Below, in pieces: positions 29,282 to 40,485 of a stretch of 64,000 nucleotides of DNA. The notes below the pieces were generated by a model. The model searched no databases. It was not told the DNA's origin and saw only the letters and a list, made by a program, of their open reading frames with translations. The stretch is from Aulosira sp. ZfuVER01 (GTDB lineage: Bacteria; Cyanobacteriota; Cyanobacteriia; Cyanobacteriales; Nostocaceae), in NCBI GenBank assembly GCA_034530615.2, contig JAVRCV020000004.1, positions 32,001 through 96,000 of the forward strand. Reading direction: 5' to 3'. Both the position numbers and the translations under genes were made by a program. The number at the start of each line of letters is the position of its first letter. Position 1 is the first letter of the stretch.

Positions 29282-30319
29282 TTAAAAAAAGCATTCGATA
29301 ACATCAGTTGATTTGACAATATTCATCCCTGCTGCTGCAAATCTGGTAAAGGCTGCATCAGCTTGTTCTGTGTAGTCAACAATGCCTGGAACAACAACAG
29401 GAGATGTACAATCTTCTAACAGATAAATTTTTTGGGTCAACTTTGCATCTACTTGTTTAATTTCTGTTAATAAATCGTCAATTGTCCAAGCGACACAATG
29501 ACTTTTAGCTTGCCCACCAATAATTACGGCATCAAAATCTAAAAGCTGTTGAATTAACCGTGTGTTCTTTTGAGCCAAGGGATTTCTATCGAAACCTATT
29601 AATACCTCTGGGCGTAAAACAGAATAGTTTTCAGTTAAGGGATTATCACCTTTAACTTCAAATTGCGTTTGACTTTGACGCGCAATACAATGGAAAAATA
29701 TTGCTTCTTCTACAGATGCAACTAAAGAATGACCGATACCTCCTAACATTGAATGGTAAGGCCAAACCGTGAGAGGATATTTACCATCTTGACTTAGCTG
29801 TTGAACGTAATGATAAGCGTGTTTTTCTAACAATTCATAATTGCTATTAGTGATACTGCTAGCAACGGCTGGATTAACTTTCCATTTACCTTGTTCTATA
29901 TCTTTTGCTGTAATACTTGTAGCTGCTGGGATTGGATGCTCCCCAGCAGAATTTATCCAAAAAATAGGATGAAAAATTTGCATCGCTGTATGCGTATCCA
30001 TCGTTGGTGCAATTGTTGTAATCACCCCTAGATTGCGATAAATAAATTCACACAAACGCTGATTATCCTCTACTGCACCTTTGCCAGATTTTCCACCTAC
30101 AAATAATTCAAATCCAGGAATACAAAAAGTATTTTGGACATCAATTAAAAGTAGACAAATGCGGCGATTATCAACAGATGCTGGTTTGATGTTATTTTGC
30201 TTCGCCCATGCTTCAGCTTGCATTGCACGTTCTTGGTAAGGTACGCGCCAGACTTCACCTATTTTGTCGGGATTGAAATGTGGGGGAATTAGGAGTTGAG
30301 TTATTGATTGGGTGTTCAT
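29282..30319 (-). CDS. Cysteine hydrolase (isochorismatase/nicotinamidase-like)
   Basis: [32 protein letters not shown]. Confidence 0.85.
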   Translation of the reverse strand: MNTQSITQLLIPPHFNPDKIGEVWRVPYQERAMQAEAWAKQNNIKPASVDNRRICLLLIDVQNTFCIPGFELFVGGKSGKGAVEDNQRLCEFIYRNLGVITTIAPTMDTHTAMQIFHPIFWINSAGEHPIPAATSITAKDIEQGKWKVNPAVASSITNSNYELLEKHAYHYVQQLSQDGKYPLTVWPYHSMLGGIGHSLVASVEEAIFFHCIARQSQTQFEVKGDNPLTENYSVLRPEVLIGFDRNPLAQKNTRLIQQLLDFDAVIIGGQAKSHCVAWTIDDLLTEIKQVDAKLTQKIYLLEDCTSPVVVPGIVDYTEQADAAFTRFAAAGMNIVKSTDVIECFF

Positions 30320-30336
30320 ATAAAAATTAATATTTT

Positions 30337-30615
30337 TTAACTTTCATAATAATCTAAAGTTAATAATAATATTTCTTCTTCATCCAAGTCAGGATTTGCA
30401 ACAAACTTAAATAAAATTCTAGTACTATAATTAATGGAACATGACCATTGTCCATAAAAATCATCTTTTAGCTGATGACTACCTAAAGTTGGTTGAAAGG
30501 GATCTTCAAGCATTTGTTGCAATACTTCCTCAACTTGAAAACGTAATTCAGGATTTTTCTTAACCAGTCGTTTAAAAGTGCGGATAAATGCTGAACTCCA
30601 AACCAAATTGTTCAC
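30337..30615 (-). CDS. RelE/YafQ-like type II toxin (possibly inactive)
   Basis: [41 protein letters not shown] overlap with upstream antitoxin. Confidence 0.75.
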   Translation of the reverse strand: MNNLVWSSAFIRTFKRLVKKNPELRFQVEEVLQQMLEDPFQPTLGSHQLKDDFYGQWSCSINYSTRILFKFVANPDLDEEEILLLTLDYYES

Positions 30616-30830
30616 TTGTCTAACTCCGCCATTAAATCTGCAACTAAACCACGCCGGACATTACCTTGAGCATAATCACTTTCTGCTTGGGCGACTTGTT
30701 TTAATAAATTATGTAGTCTTTGCTGTTTCAGACGCTGTTGAATAATATCCATCAGCATAACCTGAGCTTCTGGATCTAGTGCTTCTACCGCTTCCAAAGC
30801 TTTCTGGAACGTTGTTTTTTGTTCTAGCAT
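30612..30830 (-). CDS. Putative type II antitoxin
   Basis: 72 aa, FQKALEAVEAL...AESDYAQGNVRRGLVADLMAEL; overlaps toxin start by 4 nt. Confidence 0.7.
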   Translation of the reverse strand: MLEQKTTFQKALEAVEALDPEAQVMLMDIIQQRLKQQRLHNLLKQVAQAESDYAQGNVRRGLVADLMAELDK

Positions 30831-31335
30831 CGGGATTAGAAAATTTGCTCACAAATATAATGTAGCTGCTTGTAGGGGCGATCGCTGCTCATTTCTTTTG
30901 CCCATGCATAGTTTTAGATAAAGAAAAAATAGTTGATTATATAAAAGAATATGATGAATAATAATTTGTTCATTTATTTCACCCCCAGCTAGGGAGTGAG
31001 TTAATTATATACTCCTCAAATACCGTGGTAATCAAAGCTGCGCCTTAATGCTTTTAATAGATAAAGACTATGAAAGCTGATTTGATAAAATAACTGGCAT
31101 TAATGATATCATTTATAACTCAGTACTAGAGCGATCGCTACCCAGTCACAAAAGCCTGGAAAACGTCTATTTTTGGCTAAGAGAAAAACCAATCAATCTC
31201 CTTTATTTCGTCTTTTCTCTCAATTTCTTTTTTTTTACTACCTCATTGACTAAAATCGCCCCAGCTGTGGCAATCTGAGAAACAGAGATTTTGAAATTTG
31301 ATATTTTCGCTACAGCAAATTTACCTAATGAGGTT

Positions 31336-32562
31336 ATGCAAACTCTGCCCACAGTTACAACTGTAAACACCACATCTAGCGAACCCATCTTTGATACAAC
31401 AATTAAGCGGCGTAAAACCCGTGCAGTAAAGGTGGGAGATGTCACAATTGGCGGTGGCTACCCTGTGGTAGTGCAGTCAATGATTAATGAAGACACACTA
31501 GATATCGATGGTTCTGTGGCAGCTATTCGTCGTCTGCACGAGATTGGCTGCGAAATTGTCCGCGTCACTGTGCCTAGTATGGCTCATGCCAAAGCTTTAG
31601 CGGAAATTAAACAAAAACTCATTCAAACCTACCGAGATGTGCCTATTGTTGCTGACGTGCATCACAACGGCCTGAAAATTGCTTTGGAAGTTGCCAAGCA
31701 CATCGAGAAAGTACGGATTAACCCTGGTTTGTATGTGTTTGAAAAACCAAATACTCATAGGAGTGAATACACCAAAGCGGAATTTGATGAAATTGGCGAA
31801 AAAATCCGCGAGACTCTAGAACCTTTGGTCGTCTCTTTAAGAGATCAAGGTAAAGCTATGCGCATTGGGGTAAATCATGGTTCTCTCGCTGAGAGAATGC
31901 TATTTACCTACGGCGATACCCCTGAAGGAATGGTGGAATCTGCTTTAGAATTCATTCGTATTTGTGAATCCCTAAATTTCCACAATTTGGTAATTTCGAT
32001 GAAGGCTTCGCGAGTACCAGTCATGGTAGCCGCTTATCGTCTAATTGCCAAACGTATGGATGAGTTGGGAATGGATTATCCCCTGCATTTGGGCGTTACT
32101 GAAGCCGGAGATGGGGAATACGGGCGGATTAAATCTACAGCTGGCATTGCCACATTGCTGGCTGATGGCATTGGCGATACAATTCGAGTCTCGCTTACAG
32201 AAGCACCAGAAAAAGAAATTCCCGTCTGCTACAGCATTCTGCAAGCTTTAGGATTGCGGAAAACTATGGTAGAGTATGTCGCTTGTCCCTCCTGCGGACG
32301 CACTTTGTTTAACTTAGAAGAAGTGCTGCATAAAGTCCGGGAAGCAACCAAACATTTAACAGGGCTAGACATAGCAGTGATGGGTTGTATTGTAAATGGC
32401 CCTGGTGAAATGGCAGATGCTGACTATGGCTATGTAGGCAAAACTCCTGGTTATATTTCTTTATATCGTGGCAGAGAAGAAATTAAAAAAGTCCCAGAAG
32501 ATAAAGGCGTAGAGGAATTGATTAACCTCATTAAGTCAGATGGACGCTGGGTAGAACCTTAA
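31336..32562 (+). CDS. ispG: (E)-4-hydroxy-3-methylbut-2-enyl-diphosphate synthase
   Basis: [40 protein letters not shown]. Confidence 0.98.
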   Translation: MQTLPTVTTVNTTSSEPIFDTTIKRRKTRAVKVGDVTIGGGYPVVVQSMINEDTLDIDGSVAAIRRLHEIGCEIVRVTVPSMAHAKALAEIKQKLIQTYRDVPIVADVHHNGLKIALEVAKHIEKVRINPGLYVFEKPNTHRSEYTKAEFDEIGEKIRETLEPLVVSLRDQGKAMRIGVNHGSLAERMLFTYGDTPEGMVESALEFIRICESLNFHNLVISMKASRVPVMVAAYRLIAKRMDELGMDYPLHLGVTEAGDGEYGRIKSTAGIATLLADGIGDTIRVSLTEAPEKEIPVCYSILQALGLRKTMVEYVACPSCGRTLFNLEEVLHKVREATKHLTGLDIAVMGCIVNGPGEMADADYGYVGKTPGYISLYRGREEIKKVPEDKGVEELINLIKSDGRWVEP

Positions 32563-32708
32563 AATTTTCGTAACGGCGACCATAACGGTCGCCGGATCGT
32601 CGAGTATTTTGCTGTAATAAGAATACATGCTCGTCTGTTACAGTGATACCCTGTGTTAGATTGAGCATACTGACTATACAAAATTTTTCCTCTGGCGCAG
32701 CTGTCATT

Positions 32709-33992
32709 ATGGTGATTACAAAAAGTAAGCTGGTTTTGGGTGCTACGGCAGTGACGCTCTCAACTATTGCTATTACGAGCCTTGGCATTCATTCACGAGG
32801 TCAGGCTTTAAATAATAGTCCCAAGGAATTGATAGACGAAGTTTGGCAAGTTGTGCAGCGCCAATACGTAGACGGTACTTTTAATCAGGTAGATTGGCAG
32901 GCTGTACGGAAGGAGTATTTAAATAAGTCTTACAGTAATAAAGAGGAAGCCTATAAGTCCATCCGGGAAATGCTGAAAAAGCTGGATGACCCGTACACCC
33001 GGTTCATGAACCCAGAGGAATTTAAAAATATGCAAGTTGATACCTCTGGAGAGTTAACAGGCATTGGTATCACAATCAGTCAGGATGAAAAAACGAAGCA
33101 GCTAGTTGTAATTGCTCCCATTGAGGATACTCCAGCATTTAAGGCTGGAATTTTGGCTAAGGATGAAATTCTCAAAATCAACAGCAAAACTACTGAGGGA
33201 ATGGATACTAACCAGGCAGTATCCCTAATTCGCGGTGAAGCTGGAACGAAGGTAAAACTAACTATTCGCCGTAGTGGTCAAATCAAAGATTTTGAAATTA
33301 CACGGGCACGCATTGAAATCCATCCGGTGAAGTTCTCGCAAAAACAGACTCCTGCGGGGAATGTTGGTTACATTCGTCTGAACCAGTTCAGTGCTAATGC
33401 TGGCAAGGAAATGCAAAATGCCATCAAAAATTTAGAATCTAAACAAGTTGCTGGTTATGTTTTGGATTTGCGTGGCAATCCTGGTGGTTTACTGTTTTCA
33501 AGTGTGGAAATAGCTCGGATGTGGCTGAATAAAGGAACAATCGTATCTACTATTGACCGTCAAGGTGAGCAAGAGCGAGAAATAGCCAATGGACGTGCTT
33601 TGACTGATAAACCGTTGGTGGTTTTGGTTGATAAAGGTTCAGCCAGTGCCAGTGAAATCCTATCTGGAGCTTTGCAGGACAACAAACGTGCTACTTTGGT
33701 GGGAAGTCAAACATTTGGCAAAGGCTTGGTACAATCAGTGCGCCCTCTAGAAGATGGCTCAGGATTAGCAGTGACGATCGCTAAATACCATACTCCTAGT
33801 GGTAAAGATATTAATAAGCATGGGATTGACCCAGATGTGAAGGTGGATTTGACCGATGCTCAAAGGCAAGATTTATGGTTAAACGAGCGTGACAAACTTG
33901 CTACTCTCAAAGATCCGCAATTCGCTAAGGCAGTAGAAGTGCTAGGCAAGCAAATTACTGCTAGGGCCACTACAAGTGCTGAAAAAAATTAA
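32709..33992 (+). CDS. S41 carboxyl-terminal processing protease (Ctp family)
   Basis: DPYTRF, PDZ GIGI, DLRGNPGG, SASASE, TFGKG. Confidence 0.95.
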   Translation: MVITKSKLVLGATAVTLSTIAITSLGIHSRGQALNNSPKELIDEVWQVVQRQYVDGTFNQVDWQAVRKEYLNKSYSNKEEAYKSIREMLKKLDDPYTRFMNPEEFKNMQVDTSGELTGIGITISQDEKTKQLVVIAPIEDTPAFKAGILAKDEILKINSKTTEGMDTNQAVSLIRGEAGTKVKLTIRRSGQIKDFEITRARIEIHPVKFSQKQTPAGNVGYIRLNQFSANAGKEMQNAIKNLESKQVAGYVLDLRGNPGGLLFSSVEIARMWLNKGTIVSTIDRQGEQEREIANGRALTDKPLVVLVDKGSASASEILSGALQDNKRATLVGSQTFGKGLVQSVRPLEDGSGLAVTIAKYHTPSGKDINKHGIDPDVKVDLTDAQRQDLWLNERDKLATLKDPQFAKAVEVLGKQITARATTSAEKN

Positions 33993-34011
33993 AAATTGTA
34001 AATTTTATAAT

Positions 34012-34200
34012 TTATTGGGGTTGGCATTTGCCAGCCCTAATTAATCCGACACGACGGGCGATCGCTTCTCCTTGAGAAGAAAATGGCCCCCAGTGTTCTA
34101 TAATCTCTGGATTGTCTTCCCCAGCAATTAAGTTGCAGACTATTTCACAATAACCAGCAGGACGCTTCACAACATACCAGACTTCTGTTGACTCAGTCAT
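34012..34200 (-). CDS. Small conserved-type hypothetical protein
   Basis: MTESTEVWYVVK...WGPFSSQGEAIARRVGLIRAGKCQPQ; protein-like composition. Confidence 0.7.
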   Translation of the reverse strand: MTESTEVWYVVKRPAGYCEIVCNLIAGEDNPEIIEHWGPFSSQGEAIARRVGLIRAGKCQPQ

Positions 34201-34448
34201 GGAGATACAAAGTAAATTCAACTGTTAACTATACTTTTGCATATCAGCCATTATAGATTTAATAATCTCCTTAAAGTGCCGAATAGCCTATTTAGGGTTG
34301 GCATTATATCACAAAATCTCATTAAATAAAAAAATCAGGCTACCGCATCGGAATGCAAGCCTCACAAGCTAGAGTTTGTAGCCTGAACCATGTTGTAAAA
34401 TAGACTATAGAAGGATTCGGGGGACCATTTTACTGGTCAGAAACGCCT

Positions 34449-36194
34449 ATAGAGACTATCTACGGAAATCTCCAAGGTTTAAAATCTAGCCAGCTGAAGC
34501 AACTACAGCGGCTATATCACCAGCGCATACCGGGCGATAGCATAAGTACGTCCGAATTTTCCCAGCGTTTGGCAGCAATTAGTACAGAAATCAATCAGCC
34601 TGTGTGTGCCTACCTCAACCGTCGCGGACAAGTGATTCGTGTAGGGGTAGGCACACCGCGTCAAACGCAAATCCCACCGTTAGAATTGCCCCGTTATGGT
34701 GCAGAACGACTTAGTGGGATTCGTTGCATAGCCACTCATCTGAAGCCAGAACCGCCAAATGAAGCGGCATTGACGGCTATGGCCCTGCAACGGTTAGATG
34801 CTTTGGTGGTACTCAATATTACCGGAACAGGATTTACTCGCCGAGGAGGCGGCGCTACTGGGTACGTCAAAGAAGCTTATTTAGCTCATCTGACACCCCA
34901 AGAGTCTCAGACTATGCTAGCCAGTGCAGCTTTATCTAAAGTCGGGTCGAGTGCTGTCCAATCTCCCAGCTGGAGCGTATCACCGCCTCTGAGCTTGGAT
35001 GAACTGACACAGCAAGATTTTATAGATTTAGTAGAAAATCTGGAAGCAGAATTTCAACGCGAATTTGTTGCCCAGCAAGTAGATATTGACCACGATCGCG
35101 TGCTAATTGTGGGAGTAATGACAGATGATCTGACTCCTCTAGCATTCCACGATACGTTAGCGGAATTGGCACGCTTGGTAGATACAGCTGGGGGCGATGT
35201 ATTGCAAACAGTACAACAAAAGCGATCGCGTATTCATCCCCAAACAGTAGTCGGTGAAGGTAAAGTTCAAGAAGTCGCCCTGACTGCCCAAACTTTGGGG
35301 GCAAATCTTGTTGTATTCGACCGCGACCTTTCACCCGCCCAAGTCCGTAACTTAGAAGCACAGATTGGTGTGCGGGTAGTTGACCGTACCGAAGTAATTC
35401 TAGATATATTTGCTCAACGCGCTCAATCTCGTGCTGGTAAGTTACAAGTAGAATTGGCGCAGCTAGAATATATGCTGCCACGACTGACTGGTAGAGGGCA
35501 AGCGATGTCCCGCTTAGGTGGTGGTATAGGTACTCGGGGCCCTGGTGAAACCAAACTAGAAACTGAACGCCGTGCCATTCAGCGGCGCATTTCTCGATTG
35601 CAACAAGAAGTTAACCAGTTGCAAGCACATCGTTCTAGATTACGTCAGCGCCGACAGCACCGGGAAGTTCCCTCGGTGGCTTTGGTTGGTTATACAAACG
35701 CTGGCAAATCCACCTTGTTGAATGCCCTCACTAATGCTGAAGTTTACACAGCTGACCAGCTATTTGCGACTCTTGACCCCACCACGCGGCGCTTGGTGAT
35801 TCCCCATGCCGAGACAGGTGAACCCCAAGAGATTCTACTGACAGATACAGTAGGGTTTATACACGAATTGCCTGCCTCATTAATGGATGCCTTCCGCGCT
35901 ACCTTGGAAGAAGTCACAGAAGCCGATGCTTTACTACATTTGGTCGATTTATCTCATCCAGCTTGGTTGAGTCATATTCGCTCAGTTAGAGAAATCTTAG
36001 CTCAAATGCCAGTGACTCCAGGCCCTGCATTGGTTGCTTTTAACAAGATAGACCAGGTCAATAGCGAAACCTTAGCTTTAGCCAGGGAAGAGTTTCCTCT
36101 AGCAGTATTTATTTCGGCTAGCCAGCGCTTAGGATTAGAAACCCTACGCCATCGCTTAACCCAACTAATTCAATACGCTGTTGACTCTAGGTAA
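34449..36194 (+). CDS. hflX: GTPase HflX (probable non-canonical ATA start)
   Basis: GTRGPGETKLE, VGYTNAGKST, LFATLD, DTVGF, NKID; frame extends upstream as IETIYGNLQGLKSSQLKQL. Confidence 0.93.
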   Translation: METIYGNLQGLKSSQLKQLQRLYHQRIPGDSISTSEFSQRLAAISTEINQPVCAYLNRRGQVIRVGVGTPRQTQIPPLELPRYGAERLSGIRCIATHLKPEPPNEAALTAMALQRLDALVVLNITGTGFTRRGGGATGYVKEAYLAHLTPQESQTMLASAALSKVGSSAVQSPSWSVSPPLSLDELTQQDFIDLVENLEAEFQREFVAQQVDIDHDRVLIVGVMTDDLTPLAFHDTLAELARLVDTAGGDVLQTVQQKRSRIHPQTVVGEGKVQEVALTAQTLGANLVVFDRDLSPAQVRNLEAQIGVRVVDRTEVILDIFAQRAQSRAGKLQVELAQLEYMLPRLTGRGQAMSRLGGGIGTRGPGETKLETERRAIQRRISRLQQEVNQLQAHRSRLRQRRQHREVPSVALVGYTNAGKSTLLNALTNAEVYTADQLFATLDPTTRRLVIPHAETGEPQEILLTDTVGFIHELPASLMDAFRATLEEVTEADALLHLVDLSHPAWLSHIRSVREILAQMPVTPGPALVAFNKIDQVNSETLALAREEFPLAVFISASQRLGLETLRHRLTQLIQYAVDSR

Positions 36195-36226
36195 CTACTA
36201 AAAAATAAACTTTTGTATTTTAGTTA

Positions 36227-36257
36227 AAATGCCGTAGTGAATATCACTACGGCATTT
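36227..36257 (+). terminator. 14-bp-stem hairpin after hflX
   Basis: AAATGCCGTAGTGA-ata-TCACTACGGCATTT. Confidence 0.7.
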
Positions 36258-36325
36258 GCTATTAAAGATAAAGAATATTTCTACTTCAATAAGCTGAAGC
36301 TAACCCGTCCCAAATACTAGCTCCC

Positions 36326-36997
36326 ATGACTACAGAACCCCAAATTTCGGTACAGCCCATAGAAACAGTTCAAATAGCAAATATTGATGTTCTGTCTTCT
36401 GACTATCTACAAATAGATAACTTTCTCACATTAGATGAACATCAGCAGCTACTCAACTATGTTCTTGAAAAAGAAGCAGATTTTGTTTCTACCAGTACTT
36501 CTACTAATGCGATGAATTATCGTCAATCATTGGTACTCTACTCATTTCCTAATTTTTCCGAACTCATCTTAAAGCGAATAGAAGCAATTGTACCTGATGT
36601 AATTACTAAATTAGGGCTACTATCATTTCCCCTAACTTATATTGAAAGCCAACTGACTGCACATAATGATGGCAATTATTACAAAATCCATAATGATAAC
36701 GGTAGTCCAGAAACTGTTCTCCGAGAACTCACTTACGTTTATTACTTTTATCGAGAACCTAAGCATTTTTTTGGCGGTGAATTGCTGATTTACAATAGTA
36801 AAATCTCCCATAATTTTTATGTAAATGCCGATTCGTTCAAAACAGTTGAGCCTCGCAATAACAGTATTGTCTTCTTCCTCAGCCGTTATATGCACGAAGT
36901 ACTTCCTGTTATTTGCCCCTCTAAAGCTTTTGCAGATAGTCGCTTTACTCTTAACGGCTGGATTAATCGAGCAGCAAATTCAAAGGAAATAGCATAG
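36326..36997 (+). CDS. 2OG-Fe(II) oxygenase (prolyl-hydroxylase-like)
   Basis: HND (HxD), GGEL, HEV, SRFTLNGW. Confidence 0.9.
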   Translation: MTTEPQISVQPIETVQIANIDVLSSDYLQIDNFLTLDEHQQLLNYVLEKEADFVSTSTSTNAMNYRQSLVLYSFPNFSELILKRIEAIVPDVITKLGLLSFPLTYIESQLTAHNDGNYYKIHNDNGSPETVLRELTYVYYFYREPKHFFGGELLIYNSKISHNFYVNADSFKTVEPRNNSIVFFLSRYMHEVLPVICPSKAFADSRFTLNGWINRAANSKEIA

Positions 36998-37335
36998 ATG
37001 AGTATTTGAGTATTGAACTAGTAAATACTTAACTCTCTTCTGATAAGAAATATATTTGTAAATAAATTTATGTACCAAAAAACAACCCGATCGAGAACAA
37101 TAGGGAATTTTACGGATATTTACATATTTGTTGTCACCGTGAAAATACTAAAGTCGTGTCAATAGACAATAAAAAAATTATATTTAGTGTTTAATTAAAT
37201 TTTAAATAAAGTTCTGCAATAACCGTAGACTGACTGCATTTTTTGTGCCAATTTATATTGATAATTACTTAATGCATCACGCTTAGTTTGAAATAGTTTA
37301 CTAGCCCTAGATTAAAACAGAGGGATTTAATCCGC

Positions 37336-38154
37336 ATGTCTCATGCATATTCCAAGCAATTATTAGGTTATCTCACCTACTTTGTATCAGCATTAGCTGT
37401 AGTTACTGCTGTGCAAATACCAAAAGCAAATGCTGCTACTATGACTTTTTCTGCGACAGGAACTAACTCAGCATCAGGTGGTGCTACTAATGCTCTGGGC
37501 GCATCAGTTGTCTTTGATGACTCACTTATCAGCCAAGGTAAATTGCAAGTCACCTTAACTAATACAGGGCCAGGCGCTACAGTACCTTCCGATATTCTGA
37601 CAGCTCTTTTCTGGGACATTACAGGAAATCCCACAGGTTTATCCTTGTCATCAGCCATAGCTCCAAAAGTAGTTGCCAACAATAGCGCTAGCACTACAAA
37701 TAATGTCGATCTTAAGGCTATAGATGAATGGAAATTGCCAAACACAGGCAATGGCTCAAAAGATCTCCCTGGGATAACCCAAAATTACGGTATAGGTACT
37801 GCCGGCTTAGGTATTTTCCAAGGAGGAGGAGGACAGCAATTCAATTACGGTATCATCAGCGGTTACGATAGTCCAAATCCAGCCGTGAAGGGAGGTACGT
37901 TCGTTAAAAACTCTGCCTCATTTGTTTTATCAGGTCTGTCTACTAGCTTTAATATCCAAAACATTAACAACGTTCGTTTCCAGTACGGTACAAGCTTAAG
38001 TGAACCTAGTCTTACAAAAAACCAAGGAACTTATTATACTCCACCACCACCACCACCTAAACAAGTACCTGAACCAAGTACAACGGCTGCGCTTGGGTTA
38101 TTGGCAGTGAGTACGCTGAAAGTGTTGAAAAAAAAGCCTCTCTTACAAGTTTAA
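37336..38154 (+). CDS. PEP-CTERM exosortase-dependent surface protein
   Basis: Signal peptide (ANA), Thr/Ser/Gly-rich body, polyPro linker, VPEP + hydrophobic segment + KKK. Confidence 0.92.
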   Translation: MSHAYSKQLLGYLTYFVSALAVVTAVQIPKANAATMTFSATGTNSASGGATNALGASVVFDDSLISQGKLQVTLTNTGPGATVPSDILTALFWDITGNPTGLSLSSAIAPKVVANNSASTTNNVDLKAIDEWKLPNTGNGSKDLPGITQNYGIGTAGLGIFQGGGGQQFNYGIISGYDSPNPAVKGGTFVKNSASFVLSGLSTSFNIQNINNVRFQYGTSLSEPSLTKNQGTYYTPPPPPPKQVPEPSTTAALGLLAVSTLKVLKKKPLLQV

Positions 38155-38180
38155 ATTCTACGCTTTGAGAGTCTGATACG

Positions 38181-38267
38181 GTGAAGCACCGGATACACAG
38201 TATTAGTTAACATACATCAAGATTAAAACCAGAACACATTGTCGCACCGTATCCGGTGCATCTTCAC
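38181..38267. repeat. Inverted-repeat-bounded small element
   Basis: GTGAAG-CACCGGATAC ... GTATCCGGTG-catCTTCAC. Confidence 0.5.
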
Positions 38268-38689
38268 TAAGTACCCGGAAAAATGACCAATTAGGTTGAT
38301 AAAACTAATTTTTAAAGCACTAGTAATTTGGAATTTCTGCTGATCTTAGATAAGTTAGAAATGACTTGAGGCATAAGTTTGACGGATAATAAAATAAAGA
38401 CTGAGTAGCGGTTAATACTTAAAATGAAATCGATGCACAAAAATAAACACCGTATAGTTGCTGAGGTTACTAGTATTTGAACTGGAATACTATTCAGTTA
38501 ATTAACAAACCTGGTGCAAAAATAACATTAGTCAACAGTCTGTAGCTAATAGTCTATCGACTATTGACTAACCTTTATTTGTGCAGATTTATTGGGCAAG
38601 TTTTGAAATTTAACCCAAAATTGAATAAAGCAGCTACAGCTAGTGCCAACGTTTTAAAATTAAGAATATTAAATCAAGTTGAGGAAGTT

Positions 38690-38962
38690 ATGGCTTCTAA
38701 GGTAGAAATTTATACCTGGAGAACTTGCCCATTTTGCATCCGGGCGAAAAATTTGCTGAATAAAAAGGGAGTGGAATTTATCGAATACAGCATTGATGGA
38801 GACGAGACAGCAAGGGCGAAAATGGCTCAAAGAGCAAATGGAAGACGCTCTTTACCACAAATTTTCATCAATGACAATCATGTTGGTGGTTGTGATGATA
38901 TTCATGCTTTAGAAAGTCAAGGCAAGCTAGATGAGCTACTAACTTCTAGTAGTAGCTTATAG
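38690..38962 (+). CDS. grxC: Glutaredoxin 3
   Basis: CPFC, SLPQIFI, GGCDD; GAGGA SD before ATG 38690. Confidence 0.95.
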   Translation: MASKVEIYTWRTCPFCIRAKNLLNKKGVEFIEYSIDGDETARAKMAQRANGRRSLPQIFINDNHVGGCDDIHALESQGKLDELLTSSSSL

Positions 38963-39081
38963 AAGGATAAATTATTAGAATTACTCTTTCTGGCAACAAA
39001 AGTGAGTGTAAATCAGCTTAAACATCAGGGGATAATCTAAATTGAATAATGTTAAATTTCCTGGTGATTGAGGCAAAAAGC

Positions 39082-40062
39082 GTGAAACTGGCTTTTATCA
39101 TTGATCCCATCCATCTGCTTGACCCATGTCATGATACTAGTGTTGCTCTGATGGAAGCAGCGCAAATCCTAGGACACGAAGTTTGGGTAACGCAAGCTAA
39201 TCTTTTGAGTTTAGTAGAAGGTAAAGCCTGGGCTATCTTACAGCGTGTAGAACTAATACCAGTGCAGTTGGTGGAAGGACGCTATTTTGCAGTCAATCCT
39301 TGGTACAAGTTGAGCGAAGCCCAACCTTCTTTAACTTGTCTAGAAACAATGGATGCTGTATTTATGCGAACAGATCCACCAGTCAACGATTCCTACCTCT
39401 ATGCAACCTACATTCTGGATTACATTGACCAAAACAAAACCTTAGTAATTAACAGTCCCAAGGGTATCCGAGGCGCAAACGAAAAAATGTATGCCCTCCA
39501 GTTTATCAATGTAATTCCAGAAACCATAGTTAGTGCTGATAAGCAGGTTATCCGAAAATTTGTGGAAGCAAAAGGATCAACTGTACTCAAACCATTAGGC
39601 AACAAAGCTGGGGAAGGGATTTTATTTTTACAATCAAGCGATCGCAATTTCAACTCAATTGTTGAACTTAGTACTTTTCAAGGTCGAGTACCAGTTATGG
39701 TACAGACCTACTTACCACAGGCCAAAGACGGAGATAAAAGAATTATCCTACTTAATGGCGAACCAATTGGTGCCCTTAATCGCCTATCTAGTAGCAGTGA
39801 CTTTCGCAACAATATGGCAACTGGTGGTACAGTCGCTCAAACTGAAATTACTTCAAGAGAGCATGAAATTTGTGCCCAAATAGCCGAAAAATTGCGCCAA
39901 GACGGTTTAATTTTTGTAGGTATTGACGTTATCGGCGGTTATCTTACTGAAGTCAACGTCACCAGTCCAACTGGAGTTCGCGAGATTGACAGATTCAATG
40001 ATACTAGCCTTGGTCGTCGTGTCATTCTCTGGGTTGAGCAGACTCTACAAAGTAAAAAATAG
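39082..40062 (+). CDS. gshB: Glutathione synthetase
   Basis: FMRTDPP, ANEK, GDKRI, DFRNNMATGG, EVNVTSPTG; GTG start. Confidence 0.96.
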   Translation: MKLAFIIDPIHLLDPCHDTSVALMEAAQILGHEVWVTQANLLSLVEGKAWAILQRVELIPVQLVEGRYFAVNPWYKLSEAQPSLTCLETMDAVFMRTDPPVNDSYLYATYILDYIDQNKTLVINSPKGIRGANEKMYALQFINVIPETIVSADKQVIRKFVEAKGSTVLKPLGNKAGEGILFLQSSDRNFNSIVELSTFQGRVPVMVQTYLPQAKDGDKRIILLNGEPIGALNRLSSSSDFRNNMATGGTVAQTEITSREHEICAQIAEKLRQDGLIFVGIDVIGGYLTEVNVTSPTGVREIDRFNDTSLGRRVILWVEQTLQSKK

Positions 40063-40485
40063 AAATTATTTACCTTTTATAGTTTCTTCACATTCTACTT
40101 TCAGGGAAGCCTACACCTATGTAATATGCCCAACACCTAAGCAAACCTACACAAGCGAGTGTAGCCTTAGCTAGGTTAGTCTTCCCACTTTTTAGAAATA
40201 TGGCGATGGGAGCAAAGAAAGTAATAATTTTTTTCCAAACTCTCCATCCTTACAGTTTTATTCCAAACGTACTCTAGGACATCTGAGTTCAAACGACCCA
40301 TGCCCAAGTTCATTAGGTTTTGTGGTTAGCGTTGAAGAGTTTCGTCAGCAATTGGCTAGATCAGGGATGGATACGGAATTGCTGAACCCTGCCCTGAAGA
40401 AACTCAATACTTAGCAGTTTATATACAGCGCTCAACCCGACTTGAAAATTCCAATTTCATCTCCAATCCAAAATCCCAGTACCAC

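Noticed and set aside
34012..34200. Transposase remnant
   Set aside because: No DDE or HTH motifs and no terminal repeats; looks like an ordinary small protein.
40196..40414. Open frame ending ...VSVEEFRQQLARSGMDTELLNPALKKLNT* between gshB and ftsZ
   Set aside because: No start codon near its 5' end and no family recognised; cannot be supported as a gene or pseudogene.
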